From Eubacteriales bacterium (GTDB taxonomy: Bacteria; Bacillota; Clostridia; Oscillospirales; CAG-382), in the NCBI GenBank assembly GCA_045544855.1, contig JAZPZV010000006.1, positions 2,446 to 66,445 of the forward strand: 64,000 nt of DNA, in the 5' to 3' direction. Below the pieces are notes generated by a model, which did not search any database, was not told the DNA's origin, and saw only the letters and a program-made list of their open reading frames with translations. The first letter of the stretch is position 1. The number at the start of each line of letters is the position of its first letter. This document shows positions 17,562-27,637 of the stretch, piece after piece. The position numbers were made by a program, and so were the translations under genes.

Positions 17562-18403
17562 CCTTTGACCTCAATAATGCAATCACTGCCCGGTCTTTGG
17601 TGAGAATCCAGAATGATCTCCCCGATGGAATCGGCGGTGATGCGGCCGTGGGTGGGGTTCTTTACGCTGTCGATGTGTCCTTTTACGGTGGCGTTCACGG
17701 TGCAGTTTTCAAAGGCCAAGTCGCAGCCTTCCATGGTACAATCCTCCAGCACCAGATCCTCGCAATAGCAAAGGGGCTGAGTGCCTATGATCTTGCAGCG
17801 TACCAATCGGAGGTTCTTGGCGTACCAGCCCAGGTATTCTCCCTTGAGAACGCTGTCGTAAACGGTGACGTTTTCGCTGTGCCAGAAGGCATCCTTGGTG
17901 TTCAGCACGCTGTCACGAATGACGGCGTTTTTCACGTACTGGAAGGAATACTTCCCGGTGAAGGTGCTTTCCTGCATGGTCACGTGGTCGGCGCCAAACA
18001 GGAAGTAGGCGGACTGCATGGTGAATCTTTCCATGGAGATGTTACGGCAGTTCCAGCCGAACTCCTCGGAAATACCCTCACAATCGGTGATCTTTACGTC
18101 TTTACATTCACGGAAGGCCTTGATGCCTCCCAAGGTGGTGTGGGCCACCTTCACGTCCTCGTCGTACCAGAAGGCGGCGCGGCAGGTGTCCGTCAAGGTG
18201 CAGTGCTCCACCGTCAGATGGGTATCATGCCAGAAGGGATAGCGCAAAGCGAAATGGCAGTTTTCCACCTCCACGTTTTGGCTTTCCTTCAGGGCAGATT
18301 CCCCGTCAGCAGGGCCTTCAAAGCGGCAGTTTTCCACTCTCACCCCGTCAGAGCCGTAGAGGGCACGTTCTTCATCAAAGGTTTTATCACAGATGTATTG
18401 CAT
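17558..18403 (-). CDS. DUF3737 family beta-helix protein
   Basis: ERALY, DGESALKES, LRYPFWH, KDAFWH, GEYLGW and GTQPLCY motifs. Confidence 0.85.
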   Translation of the reverse strand: MQYICDKTFDEERALYGSDGVRVENCRFEGPADGESALKESQNVEVENCHFALRYPFWHDTHLTVEHCTLTDTCRAAFWYDEDVKVAHTTLGGIKAFRECKDVKITDCEGISEEFGWNCRNISMERFTMQSAYFLFGADHVTMQESTFTGKYSFQYVKNAVIRDSVLNTKDAFWHSENVTVYDSVLKGEYLGWYAKNLRLVRCKIIGTQPLCYCEDLVLEDCTMEGCDLAFENCTVNATVKGHIDSVKNPTHGRITADSIGEIILDSHQRPGSDCIIEVKG

Positions 18404-18947
18404 ATTTCTGCTCCAGCAATTCAAAGAATTTTCTCATAAGCAAGGTCACGGCCACACCCAAAAGCACTCCCCAAACCGCGCCTCCCGCCACGTCCGTGGG
18501 GAAATGCACGTAAAGATACAGGCGGGTAAAGCCCATGAGCACCGCCACGGGGAAGGCGATATATCCCCATTTGCGGTTGTACATGGCAAGAATGGTGGCG
18601 GCGATGAAGCACACCATGGTATGCCCCGAGGGGAAGGAATAATCGGTGGGAAGATCCACCAAAAGCTCCACGTCCTCCACCAGCCAGCAGGGGCGGTCTC
18701 GGGCGATGAGGTTCTTCAACAGCAGATTGCACACCAAAAGCTGACCGATCAGCCCTACGGCAAGGGTGATCCCCGCCTTGCGGTGCTTGCGGAAGGCCAT
18801 GAGCAACACGCTGATAAGAATCCAGATCCAGCCCGCGTTCCCGAAAAAGGTGAAGATGGGAACGATCACGTCCAAAAAGCCGCAACGGAAAAGATCTTGG
18901 ATCCCATCTAAGATCCCGATCTCCCATTGATTCAGCCAATCAAGCAT
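18387..18947 (-). CDS. PAP2 family phosphatase (BcrC/undecaprenyl-PP phosphatase-like)
   Basis: KNLIARDRP, SFPSGH and TRLYLYVHFPTDV motifs. Confidence 0.9.
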   Translation of the reverse strand: MLDWLNQWEIGILDGIQDLFRCGFLDVIVPIFTFFGNAGWIWILISVLLMAFRKHRKAGITLAVGLIGQLLVCNLLLKNLIARDRPCWLVEDVELLVDLPTDYSFPSGHTMVCFIAATILAMYNRKWGYIAFPVAVLMGFTRLYLYVHFPTDVAGGAVWGVLLGVAVTLLMRKFFELLEQKYAIHL

Positions 18948-19189
18948 ACTTCCCGCTCCTTCCTTGCAAGCCTTAAAGGGAATTGTACCACAAAGCCCGG
19001 GAAAATGCAATGCCCTAAGGGTGAAAAATCCCGTTCCCATAGAAAAAAGCCTTGTTTTCCGTCGTTTTGTATAAAAATACCCCCTCGGTTTTTTACCTGC
19101 GGGAAGACGGCTTACGACAAAAACCCGTTGCATTTTTTGAAGCGGCGTGGTAAAATAGAAGCAGAGGAAGGAAAAAGGAGGTCTTTTGT

Positions 19190-21178
19190 ATGTCTTACCG
19201 CATTACGGAATTGGATCCTTATCTGCGTCCTTACGAAGAGCATATCGAAAATCTGATGAAGGCCTACCACTCCAAAAAACGGGAGCTGGTGGGGAACGGT
19301 AAGCTTGCGGATTTTGCCAACGCTCACCTGTATTTCGGCATCCATCCCACGGAGGACGGCTGGGTCTACCGTGAATGGGCTCCCGGTGCGGACGCCATGT
19401 TCTTCACGGGAGATTTCAATGGGTGGGACGTTCACGCAACTCCCATGACGGCGTTGGAAAACGGGGTCTTTGAGGTCAGACTGCAGGGAAAAGACGCTTT
19501 ACGCCCCGGGCAAAAGATCCAGGCCATCGTTTATCACGGCGGGGAGCTTTTGCGCCGCGTGCCCTTGTACGCCACCCGTGTGGTACAGGACCCCGTGACC
19601 TATCTTTGGTGCGCAGAGGTGACGGAAAACAAGCCCTTTGCCTGGACGGACGCAGGCTTCCGTCCCGAAAAGACTCCCTTTATCTACGAATGCCACATCG
19701 GCATGGCGGGTGAGGAAGGAAAGGTCTCTTCCTACCAAGAATTCAAGGAAAACGTTCTCCCCGGAGTACAAAAGCTTGGGTACAACACCCTGCAGATCAT
19801 GGCCATCATGGAGCATCCCTTCTACGGCTCCTTTGGATATCAGGTCTCCAGCTTCTTTGCCGCCTCCTCCCGCTACGGAACGGGCGAGGAGCTGAAGGAG
19901 CTGATCGACACCGCCCACGGCATGGGCATTGCCGTTTTGCTGGACGTGGTGCATTCCCACGCAGTGAAGAACACCTTGGACGGCATCAACCAATTCGACG
20001 GCACGGATTACCAGTTCTTCCATGAGGGACCCAGAGGGGATCACCCTGCCTGGGGCACCAAGCTGTTCAACTACGGGAAGAACGAGGTGTTGCACTTCCT
20101 GCTTTCCAACTTGAAGTATTGGATGGAGGAATACCATTTCGACGGATTCCGCTTTGACGGGGTCACCTCCATGCTGTATCTGGATCACGGCTTGGGCAGC
20201 GCCTTTACCAACTACGGGATGTACTACACCCCCAACACCGACGGGGATGCGGTGACCTACCTGCGGTTGGCAAACGATCTGATCCATTCTGTCAACAAGC
20301 ACGCCATTACCATCGCCGAGGATATGTCCGGTATGCCCGGGATGTGCCTGCCCACCAAGGAAGGGGGCTTGGGCTTTGACTTCCGTTTGGGCATGGGCGT
20401 TCCCGATCTTTGGATCAAGTATCTGAAGGAATACCGTGACGAGGATTGGAACGTAGGGCATCTGTGGTACGAGCTGACCAATCGCCGCAAGGGAGAAAAG
20501 ACCGTGGGGTATTGCGAATCCCACGACCAGGCCCTGGTGGGAGATAAGACTTTGATGTTCCGTCTCTGCGATGCGGAGATGTACACTTCCATGAACAAGC
20601 AGTCCCAAAGTCCCGTGATCGACCGCGGTATGGCATTGCACAAGATGATCCGTCTGCTCACCGCTTCCCTGGCGGGAGAGGGATACCTGACCTTTATGGG
20701 CAACGAGTTCGGCCATCCCGAATGGATCGATTTTCCCAGAGAAGGCAACGGCTGGAGCTATCACTACTGCCGCAGGCAATGGGGTCTGGCGGACAACGAC
20801 CTGTTGCGTTACGGAGATCTTAGAGCCTTTGAGGAGGCTATGGTGGCCTTGCTGAAGACGGGCAGGCTGATGCCCTCCCGGGCGTATTCCCTGTGGGAAA
20901 AGCGGGAGGATTACGTTTTGATCTACGGGAAAGGCAATACGGTGTTTGCCTTCAATTTCCACCCAAGCTATTCCTACGATCCCTATTTCATCCCCACCCC
21001 CGTGGAAGGAAGCTACGTGGTGGCCCTGTCCACCGACGACAAGGCATTCGGTGGGCCTGAACGGATCGACACCGCTTACCGCTACAAGGCTACCAGACAG
21101 CCCGACGGCAGGATCGGCTTCTATTGCTACCTGCCCTCCAGAAGCGCATTGGTGCTGAAGCTGAAGCGAAAGAAATAA
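19190..21178 (+). CDS. glgB: 1,4-alpha-glucan branching enzyme (GH13, eukaryote/Bacteroides-like type)
   Basis: YREWAP, SFGYQV, DVVHSHA, FDGFRFDGVTSMLY, AEDMSG, YCESHDQALVGDKT and FMGNEFGHPEWIDFPR. Confidence 0.93.
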   Translation: MSYRITELDPYLRPYEEHIENLMKAYHSKKRELVGNGKLADFANAHLYFGIHPTEDGWVYREWAPGADAMFFTGDFNGWDVHATPMTALENGVFEVRLQGKDALRPGQKIQAIVYHGGELLRRVPLYATRVVQDPVTYLWCAEVTENKPFAWTDAGFRPEKTPFIYECHIGMAGEEGKVSSYQEFKENVLPGVQKLGYNTLQIMAIMEHPFYGSFGYQVSSFFAASSRYGTGEELKELIDTAHGMGIAVLLDVVHSHAVKNTLDGINQFDGTDYQFFHEGPRGDHPAWGTKLFNYGKNEVLHFLLSNLKYWMEEYHFDGFRFDGVTSMLYLDHGLGSAFTNYGMYYTPNTDGDAVTYLRLANDLIHSVNKHAITIAEDMSGMPGMCLPTKEGGLGFDFRLGMGVPDLWIKYLKEYRDEDWNVGHLWYELTNRRKGEKTVGYCESHDQALVGDKTLMFRLCDAEMYTSMNKQSQSPVIDRGMALHKMIRLLTASLAGEGYLTFMGNEFGHPEWIDFPREGNGWSYHYCRRQWGLADNDLLRYGDLRAFEEAMVALLKTGRLMPSRAYSLWEKREDYVLIYGKGNTVFAFNFHPSYSYDPYFIPTPVEGSYVVALSTDDKAFGGPERIDTAYRYKATRQPDGRIGFYCYLPSRSALVLKLKRKK

Positions 21179-21185
21179 GTACGTT

Positions 21186-21218
21186 GCGCCTCTCCCAAAA
21201 AAAGAGGCGCATTTTTTT
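21186..21218 (+). terminator. glgB terminator
   Basis: GCGCCTCT...AGAGGCGC followed by AT7. Confidence 0.7.
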
Positions 21219-21240
21219 GAAAATATTTTTCAAAAACCTA

Positions 21241-21269
21241 TTGACAAATAGATCTTTTTGTGGTATCAT
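21241..21269 (+). promoter_or_regulatory. tRNA promoter
   Basis: TTGACA-17-TATCAT with TG and an AT-rich UP element. Confidence 0.8.
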
Positions 21270-21283
21270 AGCGAAGCTGTCAC

Positions 21284-21359
21284 GGAGGGTTAGCTCAGCT
21301 GGGAGAGCAACTGCCTTACAAGCAGTGGGTCATAGGTTCGAGCCCTATACTCTCCACCA
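21284..21359 (+). tRNA. tRNA-Val(TAC)
   Basis: 76-nt cloverleaf, anticodon loop CTTACAA, GTTCGA T-loop, encoded CCA. Confidence 0.95.
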
Positions 21360-21360
21360 G

Positions 21361-21391
21361 AAAATCTCGTTCTTAGGAACGAGATTTTTTT
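21361..21391 (+). terminator. tRNA terminator
   Basis: AAAATCTCGTTC-TTAG-GAACGAGATTTTTT. Confidence 0.75.
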
Positions 21392-21475
21392 ATCCAAGCC
21401 GCAGGCTTGGCATATCATCGGCGCACGAAGTGCGGCGCATAATATCACCACGCCCTCGGCGTGCATTTCCCCTAC
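21392..21475. repeat. Palindromic non-coding element (CCAAGCCGCAGGCTTGG / GCACGAAGTGC hairpins)
   Basis: Three short hairpins separated by ATATCA motifs. Resembles interspersed repeats of gut Clostridia. Confidence 0.45.
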
Positions 21476-21493
21476 GCAAAAAGGAGCTTCTTT

Positions 21494-22003
21494 ATGATCA
21501 TTCTCATCACAGGCGCCTCCCACACGGGAAAGACCTTGCTTATGCAGAAACTTCTGGAGAAATATCACTACCCCGCCATCTCCATGGATCATCTGAAAAT
21601 GGGGCTGATCCGCAGCGGCAACACCTCCCTCACCCCTATGAGTGACGATGAGGAGCTTACCGCGTATTTGTGGCCCATTCTGCGGGAGATGGTGAAGACC
21701 GCCATCGAAAACAAGCAGAACATGATTGCGGAGGGCTGTTACATCCCCATGGATTGGCAAAAAGACTTCCCGCCGGAGTATCTGGAGCATATCCGTTTTT
21801 ATTGCCTGGTCATGAGCGAGGGATATATCCGGGAGCATTTCGGGGAGATCAAGGGCTTTGCAAGCGTGATCGAGGATCGTTTGGACGACGAAGATTGCAC
21901 CATGGAATCCGTTTTGGCGGACAACGCATCCTTTTTGAAGCGGGCCACCGCAGAAGGCGTGGAATACTTCCTCATTGATGAAAACTACAAGCTTCCGTTA
22001 TAA
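21494..22003 (+). CDS. P-loop kinase-like protein (adenylate/2-phosphoglycerate kinase-like)
   Basis: IILITGASHTGKT Walker A and DHLKMGLIRSG. SD AAGGAG. Confidence 0.75.
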   Translation: MIILITGASHTGKTLLMQKLLEKYHYPAISMDHLKMGLIRSGNTSLTPMSDDEELTAYLWPILREMVKTAIENKQNMIAEGCYIPMDWQKDFPPEYLEHIRFYCLVMSEGYIREHFGEIKGFASVIEDRLDDEDCTMESVLADNASFLKRATAEGVEYFLIDENYKLPL

Positions 22004-22009
22004 GCTATC

Positions 22010-22036
22010 AAAGAGCACCTGCGGGTGCTCTTTTTT
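22010..22036 (+). terminator. Intrinsic terminator
   Basis: AAAGAGCACC-TGC-GGGTGCTCTTTTTT. Confidence 0.7.
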
Positions 22037-22055
22037 CTGTCTTGTCAAAGATATC

Positions 22056-22084
22056 TTGCCAAAGGCCGAAGACTGTGATACAAT
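22056..22084 (+). promoter_or_regulatory. Promoter of the XRE-TPR regulator
   Basis: TTGCCA-17-TACAAT with TG. Confidence 0.6.
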
Positions 22085-22204
22085 GAAAAATACAACGGAG
22101 CGTTGGATTTTGGTTGCGGATCGGTATCTTCCGTTTTGGGAAGCTGTGTGCCATACTATAAGCACGGTACCGAATATTTTTTGAAGGAAGGAATGGGCAT
22201 ACTA

Positions 22205-23326
22205 ATGTCACAATCTATTGGAAAGAACATTCGCAAATTAAGAAAAGAACGCAATCTGACTCAAGAGGAATTGGCCGAGCTGCTCAATATTTCGGCCCAA
22301 GCGATCTCAAAATGGGAAAACGAAACGGGAATGCCGGATATTTCGCAGATCGTTCCCCTGGCAAGCGTTTTTGGAGTCAGCACGGATCTTTTATTCGGCT
22401 TGTCCGATACCAACGAGCAACAGGAGGTCGAAACGCTTATCGAAGACCTGCACGCCAAAAACAAGAAGCTGGAAATAGACGATTACGAAGAATACAAGCA
22501 AAGAACGGAAGCGCTGAAAGTATATCCCAACAATTTCACACTTCTTTACAGTTGCTTTGTAAAAGGCTGTTTCCTTCTGCAGACCGACTGGCAGGACAGG
22601 TTATCCAAGGAAGAACAAAGGGCGATCTATAACGAATGTATCCGGCAAAGCAACGTGATCCTCTCCCATTGTCCCAACGCGGATATGGTGATCAATACCA
22701 AAAGGGAGCTGATCGGATTGCTGGAAACGAAAAAAGAGCATGAAAAAGCCATGGAATTGATCAAAGAGCTTCCCAACAGCGTCACCGACGTTTCCAGCAT
22801 GATCCTGGCCCGTTTCTTCATCGGGAGAAAGAATTGGTCAAGTGCCATCGAAACCTGCCACGGGAATATCTACGAGCTTCTTCGCGAGCTGCAGCACCAG
22901 GTGAAGCTCCTTGCCAGCGCCTATCTGAGAAGCGGACAGTACGAAAAAGCCGAAACGACCTGCCTCACCATGTTGGATCTGATCCATGCCGTTTTCAAAG
23001 AAGAAACTTATACACCGCCCTGCCACCTCGAGCAATCGCTGTATCGTTTCCTCGCCATCTGTGCATTGAAAAAGGGAAACGAGGAGCAGGCTGTCCGATG
23101 GCTTGAAGAAATGTATGAATATTCCTGCAACCAGGCAAAGGGATTTGAAAAGATCCTGTATCTGCAAACACCCCTTTTGGATACCTACAAAATGGAGTTT
23201 AACTATCCCTATTACGAGCCCAAAGTGATGTTGCAGAACCAATTGGAGAAGGACTGCTTCAAGGTGCTTTCGGAGAATCAAAGGTTTTTGGATCTGAAGC
23301 AGAAGGTTCTGGATTTACCGGAATAA
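22205..23326 (+). CDS. XRE-family HTH regulator with a helical TPR-like C-terminus
   Basis: LTQEELAELLNISAQAISKWENE..PDIS followed by helical repeats (YEKAE, EEQAVRWLEE). Confidence 0.85.
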   Translation: MSQSIGKNIRKLRKERNLTQEELAELLNISAQAISKWENETGMPDISQIVPLASVFGVSTDLLFGLSDTNEQQEVETLIEDLHAKNKKLEIDDYEEYKQRTEALKVYPNNFTLLYSCFVKGCFLLQTDWQDRLSKEEQRAIYNECIRQSNVILSHCPNADMVINTKRELIGLLETKKEHEKAMELIKELPNSVTDVSSMILARFFIGRKNWSSAIETCHGNIYELLRELQHQVKLLASAYLRSGQYEKAETTCLTMLDLIHAVFKEETYTPPCHLEQSLYRFLAICALKKGNEEQAVRWLEEMYEYSCNQAKGFEKILYLQTPLLDTYKMEFNYPYYEPKVMLQNQLEKDCFKVLSENQRFLDLKQKVLDLPE

Positions 23327-23329
23327 GCT

Positions 23330-23515
23330 TTGCCCCCGCAATGCCCCGCCTCGTGCGGGGCTTTCCTTTTGGAAGCAAAATACGGCCCCCGCATCTTGTG
23401 AGCGAAGACCGTTTATCATTCCACGCAACGCAGGGCGCCGGAGGACGTCGCCCCCTACGAAGACGAACGCAGAAAAGCGGGAACGCCGACCATCCGCCTC
23501 GCAAGGGGCGTTCTT
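23330..23515. repeat. REP-like GC-rich palindromic cluster (GTAG-type REP on minus at ~23433-23459)
   Basis: Minus strand GTAGGGGGCGACGTCCTCCGGCGCCC plus several small hairpins in an intergenic region. Confidence 0.45.
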
Positions 23516-23523
23516 CTTTTCCC

Positions 23524-23552
23524 TTGACAAAAGTCTTCCGAAAGTATATAAT
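23524..23552 (+). promoter_or_regulatory. Consensus sigma-A promoter of the plsC-like operon
   Basis: TTGACA-17-TATAAT. Confidence 0.85.
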
Positions 23553-23580
23553 ACATACATCCCATGGAAAGGATATTTTT

Positions 23581-24411
23581 ATGCTGATCTTTTTTATTCT
23601 TTTGGGCATTGCCACCGGCGTGCCGTTGTGTTTTTTGTTTGACGTCAGTCTCCCCTGCCGCATCGCCATCGGTGCGGGGCTGTCCCTGGGCGGCTTTGTG
23701 GGATGGCTGTTCCTGTATATTCTTGGGCTGTTCATCTTCTCCCTGTTCGTCAGCAAGGAAAAGCCCCACACCAAGGATCATCCCTTCGTGCGGTTTCTGA
23801 TCGCAGAGACCATGGGATTGGTCTGTCAGCTTGGCGGGGTGAAGCTTCAAGTAGAGGGGCTGGAGAAGATGCCAAAGGGAAGATTCCTGCTGGTCTCCAA
23901 CCACCGCTCCATGTTTGACCCCATCACCGCTCTGGTAGCCTTCAAGAAGCACCCCGTGGCCTTCGTCACCAAGCCGGAGAATCTGCGAATCCCTCTGGTG
24001 GGCGGCATCATGCGGTACTGCTGTTTCCTGCCCATCGACCGCAGTAACCCCAGAGGTGCCATCCGCGCTATCAATTCCGCGGCGGAGCTGATCAAGACGG
24101 ACACCGTCTCCGTGGGGATCTACCCCGAGGGCACCCGCAACAAGGGAGAGGGCATTTTGCTTCCCTTCCACGCAGGGGTCTTGATGATCGCTCAGAAGGC
24201 AAACGTCCCCATCGTGGCCATGACGGCGGAAAACACCGAGAAGGTGGCCAAGAACTTCCCTTTCAAGAGAACCACCGTTAAGCTGACGGTGTGCGACGTG
24301 ATCCCCGCAGAGGAAGTGATGGCTTCCCGTACCGACGACCTCAGTGCGCGGCTGTATGAAGTTATGGAAAATCAATTGAAAAACACATATGGAAAGGACA
24401 ACCAAGTATGA
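23581..24411 (+). CDS. plsC: 1-acyl-sn-glycerol-3-phosphate acyltransferase (PlsC family)
   Basis: NHRSMFD, PIDR and YPEGTR motifs. Two N-terminal TM segments. Confidence 0.85.
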   Translation: MLIFFILLGIATGVPLCFLFDVSLPCRIAIGAGLSLGGFVGWLFLYILGLFIFSLFVSKEKPHTKDHPFVRFLIAETMGLVCQLGGVKLQVEGLEKMPKGRFLLVSNHRSMFDPITALVAFKKHPVAFVTKPENLRIPLVGGIMRYCCFLPIDRSNPRGAIRAINSAAELIKTDTVSVGIYPEGTRNKGEGILLPFHAGVLMIAQKANVPIVAMTAENTEKVAKNFPFKRTTVKLTVCDVIPAEEVMASRTDDLSARLYEVMENQLKNTYGKDNQV

Positions 24412-25640
24412 AAACACTCCGCACCTGTCTTTTGCTACTGTTGACGCTCTGCTTGCTGGCCGCCTGCCAAAGCACGCCCGAAACCACTTCCCAGCCTCCC
24501 GAAAGCTCCGCTTCCAGGCAGGAATCAAGCGCCGAGGCAAGCGAAGACGCAAGCTCTGAGGAAGAAATCTCCGAGACCTCTTCCGAAGAATCCACCGAAC
24601 CCGAACCGCCCAGAGAAGGAGCTTATATGAGCTACGAAATTCCCGACAACTACAAAGACGTTTACGAAAATCCCTTCGCCCTTGACACCTACGAGGAGAT
24701 GGAGATCACCGCCTCCAACAACACCTACACCATCACCTACCGCTATCCGGACGGTGCTTCCTACCGCACCTGTCTGGTAAAAAAGAGATGGGGTATGTGG
24801 ATGCTGGGTGCTATGGAATACACCCATGCCAACGGCACCAAGGTGCGTATGTCCGAGTCCTCCACCGACTACGAATGGGTGCTTTCCTGCGGTAAGGTGG
24901 GAGGTAACATCACCTTCCGCGGCGGCAACCACGGAGACTACACCTATTCCGATTGGAACGCAAACGATTCCACCAAGACCAACGACCACTTTATCGATAT
25001 GACCTTCTACGATGCCGCAACCGGTGAGAAGGTGGAAGTGGCAAACGGAAAGACCGTTAAGGTCAACGGTTTGTTCGTGGTGCTTCACAACAACGTGTAC
25101 GAGGACGCTTACGAGCAGGAAAACGTGCTGATCAACGTGGAAAAGCTGTATCTGTTCAACGGAGAATCCGTTTCCGTGCAGTCCAAGCTGTACCTCACCT
25201 CCGACGTGGCCTTCGGCAACGCCTACACCTGTATGTTCCCCGTGGCCAAGAAGTACGGCAACTACACCATGTTCCACAACGACGACGGCACCACCAAGGT
25301 GACCAAGACTCCCATCACCGGTACCAGCAACTACGGCAATAACTTCGATGACCGCAACAAGGCCTCCAAGGTCACCGTATTCGGCGAGCAGTATCCCGCT
25401 TACCACATGACTATTGAGATCCACAATCCCGAGGATCAGTTCTATCAGTCCAGCCATCACACCCGTCTGTGGGATATGAACCCCACCCAGAACAAGCTGT
25501 ACTTCTCCGCCTTCAAGCCCGGCTCCACCATTATCGTCAAAAAGGACACCGAGTTCACTTACAGCTCCTCCTGGACCTTCTCCTACAACCCCGACTTTGA
25601 GCTTCCCGCAGTTGACAAGGAGCTTGGCTTCAAGAAATGA
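24408..25640 (+). CDS. Hypothetical lipoprotein
   Basis: Lipobox LAAC, Ser/Glu-rich linker, beta-rich domain. Strongly biased codon usage. Confidence 0.75.
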   Translation: MKTLRTCLLLLLTLCLLAACQSTPETTSQPPESSASRQESSAEASEDASSEEEISETSSEESTEPEPPREGAYMSYEIPDNYKDVYENPFALDTYEEMEITASNNTYTITYRYPDGASYRTCLVKKRWGMWMLGAMEYTHANGTKVRMSESSTDYEWVLSCGKVGGNITFRGGNHGDYTYSDWNANDSTKTNDHFIDMTFYDAATGEKVEVANGKTVKVNGLFVVLHNNVYEDAYEQENVLINVEKLYLFNGESVSVQSKLYLTSDVAFGNAYTCMFPVAKKYGNYTMFHNDDGTTKVTKTPITGTSNYGNNFDDRNKASKVTVFGEQYPAYHMTIEIHNPEDQFYQSSHHTRLWDMNPTQNKLYFSAFKPGSTIIVKKDTEFTYSSSWTFSYNPDFELPAVDKELGFKK

Positions 25641-26548
25641 TCTCCCAAAGCAACGATTATCCCCTGCTTCCTCCCATCCGCACCGCAAAGGGAAAGCTGA
25701 CAGACTGCGCCCTGCTTTTGGAGGGCGGCTCCTTTCGTGGGATCTACTCTGCGGGAGTCTGCGACGTACTGATGGAAAACGGCGTTCACCCCAAAGCCAT
25801 TGCAGGAGTTTCCGCAGGGGCTCTTTGCGGTTGGAATATGCTGGCACGGCAGATCGGCAGGTTTGCCCGGATCTGTATTCTTCACCGCCACGACAGCCGT
25901 TATTCCGGGTGGCGAGCCATGGCCGCCGATGGCGGCTTGGTGGGTTTTTCCTTCCTGCTGAACACGACGGAAAAGCTTTATCCCTGCCCCAAGGGCCTGC
26001 GGGAGGACCCCGACAGACGTTTTGTGGCGGTATCCACCGACTGCAAAACGGGCAGTCCCTTTTATGCCGAATATGGCAGGCATTATCCCTTTGAAAAAGC
26101 CATCCGAGCCTCCGCAAGCCTGGCCTTCACCTCGCGGATGGTGCGGATGAACGGGCGAGCTCTGCTGGACGGTGGTTATTCCGTCAGCGTGCCTCTGGAA
26201 TGGGCAGAGCAAAACGGCTATCAAAAAAAGATCGCGGTGCTCACCCGCCCTGTGACGGCGCGGAAGGGCCCGGTTTCCCCGCAGAAGAAATCCTCCTTTG
26301 CCGCCGCTTACGCCAAGTATCCCGCCTTCTGCGAAGCCGTGGAAGCGGTTCCGGAAAACTACAACCGTCTGCGGGAAAAGCTGGAGCTTCTTCACGATGC
26401 GGGAGAAGCCTTTGTCATCGCTCCTGCGGAGGAGATCCCCATCTCCAAGATGGAGGGCAACACGGACAAGCTGTACCTCTATTACCTCCACGGCAGACGG
26501 GACGCCCTGCGCCTCCTGCCCGCCTTAAAGGAATACCTTGCAAAATGA
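25637..26548 (+). CDS. Patatin-like phospholipase
   Basis: LEGGSFRG, GVSAG and DGG motifs. Confidence 0.9.
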   Translation: MISQSNDYPLLPPIRTAKGKLTDCALLLEGGSFRGIYSAGVCDVLMENGVHPKAIAGVSAGALCGWNMLARQIGRFARICILHRHDSRYSGWRAMAADGGLVGFSFLLNTTEKLYPCPKGLREDPDRRFVAVSTDCKTGSPFYAEYGRHYPFEKAIRASASLAFTSRMVRMNGRALLDGGYSVSVPLEWAEQNGYQKKIAVLTRPVTARKGPVSPQKKSSFAAAYAKYPAFCEAVEAVPENYNRLREKLELLHDAGEAFVIAPAEEIPISKMEGNTDKLYLYYLHGRRDALRLLPALKEYLAK

Positions 26549-26590
26549 AAAAAGTCCTTGCAGTATTACAAACTGCAAGGATCTTTTTTA
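26548..26590. terminator. Bidirectional terminator
   Basis: TCCTTGCAGT...ACTGCAAGGA with flanking A and T runs. Confidence 0.7.
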
Positions 26591-27637
26591 TTGCTCGTTT
26601 TTGCGACGTTTGCGCCGTTTCCACGCCTGGATCACCACAGCGCCAAGGGTAATGGCACCGCAGGCAACCAAGCAGATATAGAAGGAAATGCTACGGCTGA
26701 TCAGCTCCACACAGGCGGTGTCTGCGATCATATCCTCAAAACCGTCTAAGAACAGCAGATCCGCCACCCCCACCGCACCGGGAATCGGCACGGCGTTGGA
26801 GCCCAGCACCACGTAACCTTGGGTCACAAAGACCTCCAGCCAGCGGTCAACACTGCCTCCCGTTGCCAAGAACACGAACAGGGTGACGCCGATGTTGCAA
26901 AACCGTTGGAGGATGTTCAGCAACAGTACTCGGAACACCGTCCATCCGCCGCCGCGGAAGGCTTCTATGCAAGCGCGATATTCCGTGGCCATACGTTCCA
27001 CGGAGGCCAGCCGCTTTTCCACGTCCTTCATGAGATGCAGCTTATGCAACAAGCGGATAAAGAAGCTGGCAAGACGGAGAATGATCTGTTCCTTCAGCAC
27101 CAGCAAAAGCAACCCTGCCACCACCAGAGCCTGAATACCGAAACCGATGATGATCAACAGGCGGGAAAACAAATTGAAGGAGAAAAAAACGCCGGGAAAC
27201 AGAATGAAGCAAAGCACACCGATGATCAAAATGGAAACGGTGTAAAGCATCACGTTCAACAGCAGACACATGGCGGTGACTGCGCCGGGAATGCCGTCCC
27301 GCATCATGAACATAGCACTGGCGGGCTGTCCCCCCGTTGCGGAGGGAGTGACGGCGGAAAAATATACGTCTGCCGCAGAATAGATCACGTTGCGGCGCAT
27401 AGAACGCTTATGCCCAAAGAAACGAGTCAGGCTCCAAAGGCTCCAGGCTTCAAAAAACACAAACCCCGCCATGGAAAGGAAGGCTCCCAACATATACCAA
27501 GGATTTGCTCCCGACAGAAGCTCCCAAAACCGATCTGCGGTAAAGTCAGTAGCCCCGGACATCATGGTATACAAGGTCACCGCAATGAGCAGTACGAAGA
27601 CGATGAACCAGATGAAACGTTTTTTACCGCCCTTCAT
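26588..27637 (-). CDS. Lysylphosphatidylglycerol-synthase TM domain (UPF0104/YbhN flippase-like) protein
   Basis: YFSAVTPSATGGQP and PIPGAVGVAD motifs. Multi-TM. Confidence 0.85.
   Translation of the reverse strand: MKGGKKRFIWFIVFVLLIAVTLYTMMSGATDFTADRFWELLSGANPWYMLGAFLSMAGFVFFEAWSLWSLTRFFGHKRSMRRNVIYSAADVYFSAVTPSATGGQPASAMFMMRDGIPGAVTAMCLLLNVMLYTVSILIIGVLCFILFPGVFFSFNLFSRLLIIIGFGIQALVVAGLLLLVLKEQIILRLASFFIRLLHKLHLMKDVEKRLASVERMATEYRACIEAFRGGGWTVFRVLLLNILQRFCNIGVTLFVFLATGGSVDRWLEVFVTQGYVVLGSNAVPIPGAVGVADLLFLDGFEDMIADTACVELISRSISFYICLVACGAITLGAVVIQAWKRRKRRKNEQ

Noticed and set aside
22083..22184. Short ORF MKNTTERW... as a signalling peptide for the XRE-TPR regulator
   Set aside because: Its ATG overlaps the predicted -10 box and it has no SD.
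21284..23520. Genomic island at tRNA-Val(TAC)
   Set aside because: No integrase or att repeat is seen. There are only two accessory genes and REP-like DNA.
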